Below are positions 53,433-64,000 of a DNA stretch of 64,000 nt, piece after piece (position 1 is the stretch's first letter; every line of letters starts with the position of its first letter). The translations under genes and the position numbers were made by a program. The notes beneath the pieces were generated by a model, which saw only the letters and a program-made list of their open reading frames with translations, was not told the DNA's origin and searched no databases. The DNA is from Rhynchobatus australiae (lineage: Eukaryota), in contig JAUZTB010000002.1 in the NCBI GenBank assembly GCA_034780895.1, positions 70,868,062-70,932,061 of the forward strand, written 5' to 3'.

Positions 53433-53913
53433 CATAAGTAGCAATTATGTCAATGGTAAACATTACTTATTAATGTTAACAGTTGCACATAACTGTTTGT
53501 ATCTCACCATTCCACTTCACAGAGTCAGAAAGCAGTTGCCAGACACACATCGGCAAGTTTTGGCCCAAATATCACAAACAAAACATTTGCAAACCTCAAA
53601 AAGGAAAGGGATCATATAAAGCCAATTTATATTAGTTCACTCCTATGTACAGAATTAAATGCATGAAAACATTGGCAGAAGCCTGGCCCTGAGTTGTCTA
53701 CACATGCAATCTTGGCTATGTTGCAACAGGATCTAAGGCCAGGGCCACAAGATGAACTTAAACAAGGAGGGAGGATAACTTAAACAAAACAATTTCAGTT
53801 GATGGGCTAAACCACTCATTAGAAAGGTGAACCTATTAAGTACTAGCAAAAAAGTAAGAGTGGGAAATAAAATTCAGTACAGTATTTATAATTTCCCCCC
53901 TTCCACAAAAATC

Positions 53914-54123
53914 AACAACAACAGCATCTTGTATTATATAGCAACTTTGCTGTTGTGAAGTGTTCTAAGGCGTTTGACAGAAGCAACATCAAACTATGTT
54001 TGACGCTGAGCTATAAAGAGAGAACACGCAGATAACCAAAAGTTGGTTAAAGGATTCAGTCCAAGGTAGCACCCTGAAGGAGAAAAGAGACTGAAGAATT
54101 GGAAAGCTTTACAAAAGAAATTC
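53914..54123 (-). mobile_element. L2 LINE 3' end
   Basis: aacaacaacagcatcttgtattatatagca...aaggcgtttgacag; homologous to the start of the copy at 32015. Confidence 0.6.
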
Positions 54124-54235
54124 NNNNNNNNNNNNNNNNNNNNNNNNNNNNNNNNNNNNNNNNNNNNNNNNNNNNNNNNNNNNNNNNNNNNNNNNNNNNN
54201 NNNNNNNNNNNNNNNNNNNNNNNTATATTGGAAGT

Positions 54236-54465
54236 TTGTTCCACTGTCTGTAAAGAGTTTGCAAGTTCTCCCCATGTCTGCATGGGTTTCCTCCAGGTGC
54301 TCTGGTTTCCTCCCACATTCCAAAAGACGTACGGGTTAGGAAGTTGTGGGCATGCCATGTTGGTGCTGGAAGCGTGGCGACACTTGCAGGCTGCCCCCAG
54401 AACACGATGCAAAAGATACATTTCATTGTGTGTTTCAATGTACATGTGACTAATAACAATATCTA
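54236..54465 (+). mobile_element. V-domain SINE with a non-CR1 (Rex1-like) tail
   Basis: gagtttgcaagttctccccatgtctgcatgggtttcctccaggtgctctggtttcctcccacattccaaaagacgt V-domain; tail tttcattgtgtgtttcaatgtacatgtgactaataa. Confidence 0.8.
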
Positions 54466-54584
54466 AAATCTATATACACTGAGTATTTAATTGAAGGAAA
54501 AGTGGGATTAATCTAAACAATCCATTTTGGGGAAACATGGCCCCTTTCTGTACAATAAACTGATTTGATTCAATGCAAGCTGCA

Positions 54585-55300
54585 TAGCCAAGTTTACAGA
54601 TGACAGGTAGGACGACCCATTTACTTGTGTGGCTGAATAGATGATACAGGATGGCCAAGCAGAGTTGAAATGATTGTACAGATCACAGTCAATGTGGGGA
54701 ATTGTGAAGTCACCTGCTTTGTATTATAGAAAGATGACCGGGACGTTTTGTGAGACTGAAAGACTAGATGCAGTGGGGAGCAAAGATTTAGACCTACAGG
54801 AACACAAGTCATTGAAAGTTAATGTCCACATACTTATCCAATCATGAAAGCTAATGCGATTTTGACCTTTTATTGCAAGGTATTTGGAAACGAGGTAATG
54901 GTACTTTGAATTTACAGAGTACTCGAAAGACACAATTTGAAGGATTGACCCAATGAAAAGATACATTGGCCCTGTAAGCAGTGCAAATTCAAAAGAATGA
55001 TCTATAAATGGTACTGGAGCTTGAGAGGATTGGTTGCATGAAATTGGATTTTTAGGGCTTTGAGTTTAAAAACAAAATCAAGGATAAAAATGTTATAATT
55101 GTCAATGCAAGCATAGTGATGAAGCATGAATGAAATTTTAAAGAGTTTTAAATGGATTCATGTTTACAGACAGTGCTAGAAGGAAAATCAATGAGGAGTG
55201 CATTGGAATAACCAAGGCCAGTGGGAATAAAGTGAGACGAGGTGGGCTGTGGATGAAGTTAGGTGACATTATATTGTCTGTTGAATATTGTCTGCCACGA
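54585..55300 (+). mobile_element. Old CR1 RT C-terminal fragment
   Basis: aagtttacagatgac (KFTDD), aattgtgaagtcacctgcttt, aaagctaatgcgattttgacctttatt (KANAILTF). Confidence 0.65.
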
Positions 55301-55384
55301 ATTCACAAAACAGAGTGAATTGTTTTAGTGCATCTGAATTGACCGCAGTCCTAAGCTGGTGTCGGATAGGAACATCTTAGACAC

Positions 55385-55590
55385 ATGTGAGTTGGTAAGT
55401 TAATTGGTCACTGTGAGATGACCCTTAGTGTATAAGTGAGTGGTTGAATATGGGGGCAAGTTGATGATAATGCAAAGAGAATAAAAAAGGGATTAATGCA
55501 GCCGTAGTATAAATGGGTAGTTGATATTTGGCATGGATGGTGGGCTGAATGGCCTATTTTTGTGCTGTATGTCTCTATGACTCTATATGG
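55385..55590 (+). mobile_element. HE1-like SINE 3' half
   Basis: ggtaagttaattggtcactgt...gggctgaatggcct...ctctatgactctat. Confidence 0.75.
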
Positions 55591-55705
55591 TCAAGTTAGA
55601 ATAATGTTGCCTTCACATTACTGTTCTCTCATTTAATAGTGGTAGATGTATCAGGTCTAGAAGGTGTTTCTCATAAATATTTCTTAGGTTCACATGCAAT
55701 GAAAT

Positions 55706-55960
55706 GAATCAGAATCCAATTTACTACCACTGACTTATATGATGTGAAATTTGTTGTTTTGCGGCAGCAGTACAGTGCAAAGACATATAATTACCATAAA
55801 TTATAACAATAAATAAAGTGAGAAAAAAAGGAATAAAGAGGTAGTGTTCATGGACCGTTCAGAAATCTGAAGGCAGAGGAGAAGAAGCTGTTCCTGAATC
55901 GTTGAACATGGGTCTTCGGGGTCCTGTACCTCCTTCCCCATGGTAACAATGAGAAATGCT
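55706..55960 (-). mobile_element. Rex1/Babar LINE 3' end (different subfamily)
   Basis: ORF 55848-56057 LLPWGRRYRTPKTHVQRFRNSFFSSAFRFLN. Confidence 0.85.
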
Positions 55961-56221
55961 CCTGAGTTGTGGTAATTTTCAGACACAGAACTATTTTTCC
56001 AAAAGATTCCACAAGCATTGATAAAATAATTGATGTTTTAACCACTTTTTCCATCACATGCTCTTCCAGGAAGGCTATGTAGTCTTTCTTTCTTTCTCAT
56101 CCAACTCTAGATGAGACTTCAATTTAAAGTCTCAATTTCAAGTTTCATCCAAAACAAAGTAACTCAAAAAAATGCAGCAGTATGCCAGTGATGGGCAGAA
56201 CCATCAACCTCAATGGTGTAA

Positions 56222-56525
56222 TAAATAGAGGAAATGTTGGAAACACTNNNNNNNNNNNNNNNNNNNNNNNNNNNNNNNNNNNNNNNNNNNNNNNNNNNNN
56301 NNNNNNNNNNNNNNNNNNNNNNNNNNNNNNNNNNNNNNNNNNNNNNNGTTTCATGCCCGAGACCCTTCATACAGATCCAGGATTCTTCACCAATTCCAAT
56401 GAAGAGTTACAGACCTGAAACATGAACTGTTTCTCTTTCTACTTGATGACACTTGAAGATTCTACTTGACCTGCTGAGTTTTTCCAGTTTTTGTTTATTC
56501 CATATTCCAGCATCTGCAGTCTTTT
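56222..56525. mobile_element. Inverted Penelope terminal-repeat pair (gapped)
   Basis: Left arm aaatgttggaaacact[N]gtttca...gagacccttcat; right arm gacctGAAACatgaactg...tgacctgctgagt...ttccagcatctgcagtc. Confidence 0.7.
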
Positions 56526-58144
56526 GAATAACCTCAGTGGCGTACTCAAACTCAGTATCTCCTCCCGAGCCCTTATTATTTGGCTGGATATTAACAGATG
56601 TGAGTTTACAACACAAAATACCTTTGATTTTGTACTAAATTAAGTTGCTAGTATCGGAAGTTGAAAATATATTACCAGTGCAAGACAGGAAGTTCATTCA
56701 TCTCTCATTTCAAAGAACACAATAAAATCTACCATTTGCTTGAGTACGTTTAATTCAGTTTAAAAATTACTATTTTTATGAAAAACACATAACAATCATA
56801 TTATGGTATTCATTATTCCCAAAGTACATGCAGTTCACAGCCCCACTTAGTGATCCTTCAACAGCTTTGATATCCATTAAGATAGAATAACAATCAGATG
56901 GATATTCATGTTCACGTCCATGGTCTTATTTGTAGCTCGCAAGTTAAAATCTAAATTAACATTCACACTCGAGTTATCTTTTAAAAGCAGCAATATTAAA
57001 TGGTCATTATTAGGCCTTCTTTCTAAATTACAGGCTGAGGTCACTTACAAAGATGCTTACAGAAACCCATTTGTAATTCTGTATTTTACTGCGTCCCATG
57101 GGAGACATCCCTTAATCCTATTTATTTAATATTCACACCAGCATCGTCAGGCCTACTGCTATCCAGACCAGCTGCAGGTATTAGCTGTACAAAGTAGTTT
57201 CAACATGCTATGAAGTCACATGCCAGAGCTGTGCCTCAACAGGGACTCCAGCAGCTTTCTCTAAATGGGCTGTTAATCTTTGTTGCTGATTGATCAGGGT
57301 GTAAAGGCACCTGTTTGCTATCATGTTCATGACTTGATAACAGGTTTAGTAGTACTATAAGGTGCAGGTGGGTATATAAAGATCTCGTTTGTGGGGGCAT
57401 AAATTCTTCATTATGGTCTTTGTATGGGAGAGCTGGGTTTGGTTAGATTTTAACAACAAGGGAGAGGCCCAGTAAGAATAATCTTTTCTCCATTAAACGG
57501 AAGGGTACTTCTCATGATTTATTGAATTGGACTTGCATTTTCAAGCTCAGTGCAGATTTGAGTGAATATTCTTATTATTGTACAGAAGCTGTAGCAATTT
57601 ATATATTGATGTCCATATTTTGGGGCAAGGTCACAGCATCTACTCCCAGGCTCAGCCATGTGCCTCGAAAAGAATGGAGGGAGCAGTCCTCGAGGAAGTG
57701 TTCCATGACTTGGCTTCCACAATTGAAGTCACCATTGAGTTTCTATCAACACAAAAGAAGGTTACGTCTTCCTTGTCTGATCTGTATCTGTATCTATATA
57801 GTGCAGGGAAGCTCTAGTCCAAATGATGAGGCTGTAGATTTCACCGGGATTGTTTTAAAGGTTCGAATATAATTTCATTTCAAGGGAGATGGTTTTAAGC
57901 ATGAGATCACAATCCCTTGTAATACGATCACAGCAGGGAAACTGAGTTTCAGGCTGGGCATTGAATTGCGGATGTACAGAAACTATCTGCANNNNNNNNN
58001 NCTGCATTGACTTTGAATGAGAACCTTTGCAACAGGGCAAAAATCAATGTAAAATCAATAGGAATCTTTTCCATTAAAAATATCTAAAAAAAAGTCAAAC
58101 ATTCAAAGGTGGAAATACCTGAACAGTGTGCTAAAAAATTTCTT

Positions 58145-58480
58145 TAGTGGTTAGAACCGTCAGCCAGAGTTTTGGACCATCAATCCAGGGACGTGAGTTG
58201 GACCCACCATGGGGGAATTTTAATTCAAATAATGAAATAAATCTGGAATGACTGATCCTGGAGATGTATCCCTGAAACTATCAGAATGTCATAAGACCTA
58301 TCTGGCTCACTGATGCCCTTCAAGGGAGAAAAGCTGACATCCTTCCCTAGTCTAGCCTGTAAGTGACTCCAGACCCTCCAATGTGGCTGACCCTTAAATG
58401 CTGCCTCAGTTTGGGAAATGAACAATAAATGCCAGCATTGCCAACAATATTCTCAGCCTGTGAATGAATGAAGAAAATAA
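58145..58480 (+). mobile_element. tRNA-derived SINE, elasmobranch type
   Basis: Core atctggctcactgatgcccttcaagggag...gtgactccagaccc..caatgtgg and tail caataaatgccagcattgcca...tgaatgaatgaa. Confidence 0.65.
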
Positions 58481-59269
58481 AAGTTGAAGCTGCAAGGGAA
58501 AGTATAAGTCAAATTATTTCATCTGCCAAATGCTACTAGCTTTCAACTTTACACACAATCCTTAGCAAGCTTCTCAATTGGAAAGCTGCTTTGTGCTATT
58601 TAGTTGCCTTCAACAATGACCAGGGTCAGCAGGACACAACAGTCATTTTTATCTTTTTGTTTTTAGCACATCATGAAGGGTGTTGCACCCATCCATCATG
58701 TGAGCAGCTTTTGCCTTCAGCGACATGCTGTGTGATACATGATCTGCTTCCTTGAGCACGGTGAGGTTACATATGGCTAAAGCAGTGTTTCAAGCTGAAG
58801 TGGGCTCCAGTGGCCCTTCCCTTTTAAATTTCTGTATGACCGCTTTGCAAATGGTGTCCTGACTGAGCTGTACCTTTGGTGTTTGGGCAGAATGATCTCT
58901 TACGCTGCATTTTATGTCATTGAATTTAACCAATAAATGTCACCAGCTGGAGTTTATCGCACTCTGCTCAAACTGTGCTTCTGGGAGCCAATTTTACAAA
59001 CTTAAAACCCTGCACTGTCTATGCAATATCAACAGCAAAAAAAAACCTGGCAGTCCTCTCAGTTCTCCTCAAATTTGGTAAGTTTCCAAGAGTGGTTCGG
59101 AGACCAATGGACAGATCTCCTCACAGAAGCAACACATTCTCTCCCTCACCCATCTCAAGATCTGTGCCAATAGGGTTATCAACCTCACTACCCCAGACTC
59201 ATTCTGAAACTGTACCTTGTATTGTGTGATTAGACAACTATGCTGACTCTCGTTCCAAAGTTCAAACAT

Positions 59270-60070
59270 AAGTCAAATCAAGTCAAGTTGATTGTTATAT
59301 GCACAAGCACATGCATGTACAGGTGCAATGAAAAACTAACTTTCAGCAGCATCATAGGCTCATAGTATCAGATACACAACATTCACAAGAAAACATGAAT
59401 TAAACATATTATACATAAATTATAGGAACTTTACAAGAAAGAACACAATTAAAAAAAAAAAAACAAGTCCATTGTAGTGCAAAGAGGTCAAAGTGGTTGT
59501 AGTGTTGCTATACCGTGGTAATGATTAGGGTTGTGCAGATTCGCTCAAGAACTGAATGGTTGAAGGCGAGTAGTTGTTCTTGAACCCGGTGGTGTGGGAC
59601 TTCAGGCTTCTGAACCTCCTGCCCAACAGTAGCTGCAAGACAATGGCATGGCCCGGATGATGGGGATCTTTGTCGATGGATGTTGCCTTCTTGAGGCTGT
59701 GCCTCATGTAGATAATTGAGATGGTGGGGAGGGATGTGCCCATGAAGTATTGGGCTGAGTCCACTACTCTCTGCAGCTTCTTACACTCCTGCGCATTCGA
59801 ATTGCCATACCAGACCATGATGCAACCAGTCAGGATACTTTCAATAGTACATCTGTAGAAATTTCTTAGAGAGTTTGGTGACACGCCAAACCTCCTTAAC
59901 TTTCTAAGAAAATAGAGGTGCTGTCGTGCTTTCCTTGTGATTGCACCTATATGCTGGGCCCAAGAAAGGCCAACAAATATTTTAATGTCCAGGAATTCAA
60001 AGCTGCTGACCCTCTCCACTGCTAATCCACCAACGTAGACTAGTGCATGTTTGTCCTCCTTCCCTGTTTC
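59270..60070 (-). mobile_element. Rex1/Babar LINE, about 800-bp 3' fragment with open ORF end
   Basis: ORF 59525-60082 VERVSSFEFL...KARQHLYFLRKLRRFG...FYRCTIESILTGCIMVWYGN...DPHHPGH; AAGTC-type tail. Confidence 0.95.
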
Positions 60071-60387
60071 CCATATAAACAATTTTCATGCATTTCTTAA
60101 CTAGTTCTCATTCCAGCAAACCAAATGATAATCTTCATTAGTAATTTACATTTGCAGGTTTCTTGACACAAGCATTTATATAGTTGAGTTCTTATCTGTA
60201 CATTAGTAATATAAACAATTGATTAGTACATGAATAGCACACAAATATGAGTGACCGGATGCAGCTTTGACTGTGTATAAATGTTGTACTATTACAGGTG
60301 CAACACCAACCTTTTATTTCTTCTTCTTCTTTTGGATCCACGAATCCAAATATCCTTTATAAGACAAAACAGTGCTTCATTTCTAAC

Positions 60388-60780
60388 CCTTCCATTTTAG
60401 TGCACACATTCAGTGCTCAGCTTGCAGTCTCCTCTACGTTGAGTAAATGAAATGCAAGTTGGGTATTGCTTTACATAACACCTACATTACGTCCATAATG
60501 ATGACCTTGAGCCTTTGGTTGCATGTCCATCCCACTCTGACCTCTCTCTTTGGCCTCACACACTGTTACAACAAAGCCCACTATATGCTTCGAGGGATGG
60601 TATCTTATCTTCTGACTTGGTAGATTACATACCTCAGATGTCAACATTGAATTAAACAATTTTACATAAACCTTCCAGTTTGATTAGATTGATGATAGGT
60701 CATGAATCTAAAATATTAACTTTGTTTCTCTACAGATGCTGCCTGACCTGCGAAGTATTTCCAGCACATTTTATTTTACA
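60388..60780 (+). mobile_element. Decayed Penelope-like element: GIY-YIG domain plus terminal repeat
   Basis: IQCSACSLLYV (C..C...Y.G motif), then YLIF*LGRLHTSDVNIELNNFT*; followed by TTGATGAtaggtc...aaaatattaact and cagatgctgcctgacctg. Confidence 0.8.
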
Positions 60781-61024
60781 TATTATCATAGACCTATAAA
60801 TAAATCTTAATCATTCAACTGCAGCTAAATTGTAGTAATATCTGATTATTTCACATGGAATTATTAAGAATTATACAGAAAAAAAACAATTTGTCCCAAC
60901 CAATCAATGCTAGCGTCCTTTTGCATTTCCACACCAACTCAGTCAACGTGTCCTTCCACTCCCTTCTCTCTTATAGACGTATCCATTACAAAGATCCCAT
61001 CCTCACTGAACCACAGTTAGAATA

Positions 61025-61460
61025 GCATTCGGCAGTTTAGGAACCTTACTTGAAGGAGGATGTCCAAGGCATTGGAGAGGGCACAAGGAAAGAATAGATA
61101 AAATGGTATTCTTCCATTAGAAATGACATGGTTACAGGAGTCTGGGGGCAACATTCAGAATTAAAAGAGCTTTTGGTAAGTAAATATAGAACAAAAGTAC
61201 TGGTGGCTTGGGAGGACTCATTTAAAAATCTCCTGCCAAATACAAAGGGAGAATTTGGGAGTAATTATTTGTACGGTGGATAGTTAAATTAAGGGAGGTT
61301 CCAGCAGAAATAGATTGCAATGAAGACAGAAGTGGCACTGAAAATATTTGAAGAAGTAAAATGTGAAGGGATATGGGGGAAGATAATGAGTGAAAGTGGT
61401 AGATCTTTAGCTGCAGTGGACTGAATGGCCTCTCTCTGCACCATAAAATTGTATGGTTCT
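61025..61460 (+). mobile_element. Old CR1 3' fragment
   Basis: aggaggatgtccaaggcattggagagggcacaa (KD..ALER.Q-like) and tail ggactgaatggcct. Confidence 0.6.
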
Positions 61461-62519
61461 GCTATTCAGAATCAAGGTCAGCTGGAGCTCAGTATTTCCA
61501 ATCAATAGCAGACTCTTTACAGAATACTGGACTTAACAGGATGCAGCAGACTCCAGTTATCTAATGTAGCTAATTTGAGATCAATCGTAGTGCTTGTTCG
61601 TTCATTGAAATTGATTTATACTAATGATTAGCAAACTGAGAGGCAAATTCCATCACAAAAAATAACTTGAGGTATAAAGTGCTTTGTTTAATCCATTTAA
61701 CTGCTCAGCCACAAAAATAAACCATTGATGATATTTTAAAGCTGAAAATCTGCTTTCAGAGTGAAATGAAAATGATGTTGCAACATAAATATCACTATGA
61801 AAGTGTGCTTTATATGAAAGGAGACCAGCAGTGTTAACAAAAGGATGGATATATCAAAAAGCTGATTCGATTGTTGTGCATTAAAGGCAGGGTTCACACC
61901 CATCAAGCAAAAACTTTGGAAACTCATTGATAAACAGTTAAAAATAATTTTACAGCTCTGCATTGTATTATTCAAGATTCTAAGGTCAATAACTTTGCAG
62001 GCTGTATTTAGCAGTGCTTTCTATCTGTGCATTCAGTTTATATCAGTTATAGTTGTTTCAGCAGGGGATGGAATGGCAAGATTTTCTGGTTTCTGATGTC
62101 AAACTTTTAAGATGTCTGAGTGCTAAATATTATTAAGTATCTGCACTGTAGCTGTGGTATCATGACCTTACCTGACAAGACAATGGAATGTGTTAAAGTT
62201 CTTCATAAATCAGGAGCACATGCTCATCTTAAGACATTGGGTATTATTTTAAAATCACTTGCATACTTTCTCAGAAGGTCAACAAGTTAATTTGGTTGTA
62301 GCTGGGCCTTGCAATTTAGGACAGTCCCGGATTCAAGGTAGTTGATCTTAACCAGGGAAACTTTTGTAGTTCAATGCTTGGCCCTGGTGTTGGTGGATTA
62401 ATGAGGAAATAAAATCACTGTTTTTTTATGGTTAAACCCTTTTGAGAAAAACAAACATGTCCTTGGGCTGTTTTTTTTTTAAACCAGCAGCACAGCAGCT
62501 TAAAATGGTTCATCAATCT

Positions 62520-62634
62520 TTTATCGACATGAAATGTCAACTCTGTTTCTCTCCCTCCAGAGATGCCACCTGACCTGCAAGGTATCGCTGGGATTTTCTG
62601 ATTTTATTTCAGATTTCCAGCACCTGCAGTATTT
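62520..62634 (+). mobile_element. Penelope terminal repeat (subfamily B), partial
   Basis: GAAAtgTC-aactctgtttctct...cctgacctgc...ttttatttcagatttccagcacctgcagta. Confidence 0.8.
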
Positions 62635-62769
62635 GGACCACAGATACTCCATCTACATTGTTCTCATTTTGGGCCCTTTGTGCATAATCTCCCCCTCAAC
62701 ACCAACATTGTGAGATTTTATATATAATACATACATATAGGTGTGTGTGTGTGTGTGTTTTGTTTATGT

Positions 62770-63100
62770 CTATGCAGCAGACAGTGCTGCTGCTGTACAG
62801 GTTCAGCAAGGAAGATTTGATTCTGACTCAGGTGTTGTCGGGGTGGAGTTTTCATGTTCTCCCTGTGACAGCATGGGCCTTTTCCAAGTGCTCCAGTTTC
62901 CTCCCACATCCTAAAGACTAGTTATTAACTGGTGACTACAAATAATCCCTGGTCAGTGGGTGCAGTGAGGATCGGGGAGGAGCTGATGAGCAGGCTGGAG
63001 AGAATAAGTCACAGGGAAATAAGTGGGGGAATTGGACTGACAGGAATGCTTGGAGACCTGGCATAGATTCAGTGGGCTGAATGGCCTCTTTCTGTGCCCT
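62770..63100 (+). mobile_element. HE1-like V-SINE
   Basis: gtggagttttcatgttctccctgtgacagcatggg...tttcctcccacatcctaaagac V-domain; tail gggctgaatggcct; preceded by (GT)n at 62742-62758. Confidence 0.8.
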
Positions 63101-64000
63101 AAGGAAAATGAGAAATATGAAATATTTCACCACGTCAGCCTGCTACCAACAGTAAGGCTGTACATCGCAGCTTTACACATCTCCCCAGTAATCCGTCTCC
63201 GTCACTGGGTAACTTTGGAAGTACAAATAATTCTGCACCAATTGCCAAACTGCCTGCAGCTTTTCCACTCAAAGTAACAATATTAATTAATTAATGTAAC
63301 AGGACAGAATATATGAATTTTAAAATGTAGAATGAGAGAGATTACATCAGCAAACAGAGTCCAATGGCTCTCTTTATCTAATTCTGATTCAGTTGACAGG
63401 ATATCAACTGCAGGACAATTGCCCTCGATTTTAACTCAGTGCCCCTGTAGATGGTCCTGGATCTGGACATGCAAAGACACAGATTNNNNNNNNNNNNNNN
63501 NNNNNNNNNNNNNNNNNNNNNNNNNNNNNNNNNNNNNNNNNNNNNNNNNNNNNNNNNNNNNNNNNNNNNNNNNNNNNNNNNNNNNNNNNNNNNNNNNNNN
63601 NNNNNNNNNNNNNNNNNNNNNNNNNNNNNNNNNNNNNNNNNNNNNNNNNNNNNNNNNNNNNNNNNNNNNNNNNNNNNNNNNNNNNNNNNNNNNNNNNNNN
63701 NNNNNNNNNNNNNNNNNNNNNNNNNNNNNNNNNNNNNNNNNNNNNNNNNNNNNNNNNNNNNNNNNNNNNNNNNNNNNNNNNNNNNNNNNNNNNNNNNNNN
63801 NNNNNNNNNNNNNNNNNNNNNNNNNNNNNNNNNNNNNNNNNNNNNNNNNNNNNNNNNNNNNNNNNNNNNNNNNNNNNNNNNNNNNNNNNNNNNNNNNNNN
63901 NNNNNNNNNNNNNNNNNNNNNNNNNNNCAAGACAAGTTTTTCACTGTACCTTGGTACAAGTGACAATAATAAACCAATATCAATACAACATTCACATTCT

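Larger units (their letters stand above)
52301..53453. repeat. 94-bp inverted repeat pair (52301-52394 and 53360-53453)
   Basis: Manual alignment gives 9 mismatches in 94 bp and no gaps. Confidence 0.92.

Noticed and set aside
59525-60082. 185-aa ORF as a host gene
   Set aside because: It is the C-terminus of a 5'-truncated Rex1 LINE, with related copies in this window.
630-63928. Long ORFs full of X in the ORF track
   Set aside because: They are artefacts of N gaps that contain no stop codons.

Overview
Eukaryotic, AT-rich, repeat-dense vertebrate DNA. The repeat content (HER1/CR1 LINEs, HE1-type V-SINEs, Deu-type SINEs, Rex1/Babar, RTE, L2, Penelope-like elements) points to a cartilaginous fish, i.e. 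a shark or ray (inference). The assembly is a draft with many N gaps. I could not identify any host protein-coding exon, rRNA, tRNA gene or CRISPR array, so the window reads as intronic or intergenic. Every recognisable ORF is a decayed transposon fragment. The most notable signal is about 11 loci carrying a Penelope-like element (PLE) terminal repeat with a minimal type I hammerhead ribozyme motif (stemI-CUGAUGA-A-stemII-GAAA-CG-UH-stemI'). It occurs in two subfamilies with compensatory stem changes, lies on the same strand as the PLE GIY-YIG remnants, and four loci are inverted-repeat (hairpin) units. Other points: decayed PIF/Harbinger Myb/SANT and transposase remnants, a 94-bp inverted duplication bracketing about 1 kb, and a 23-bp minisatellite with a 69-bp higher-order period. 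All calls were made by eye; repeat boundaries are approximate and family names need RepeatMasker/Dfam confirmation.
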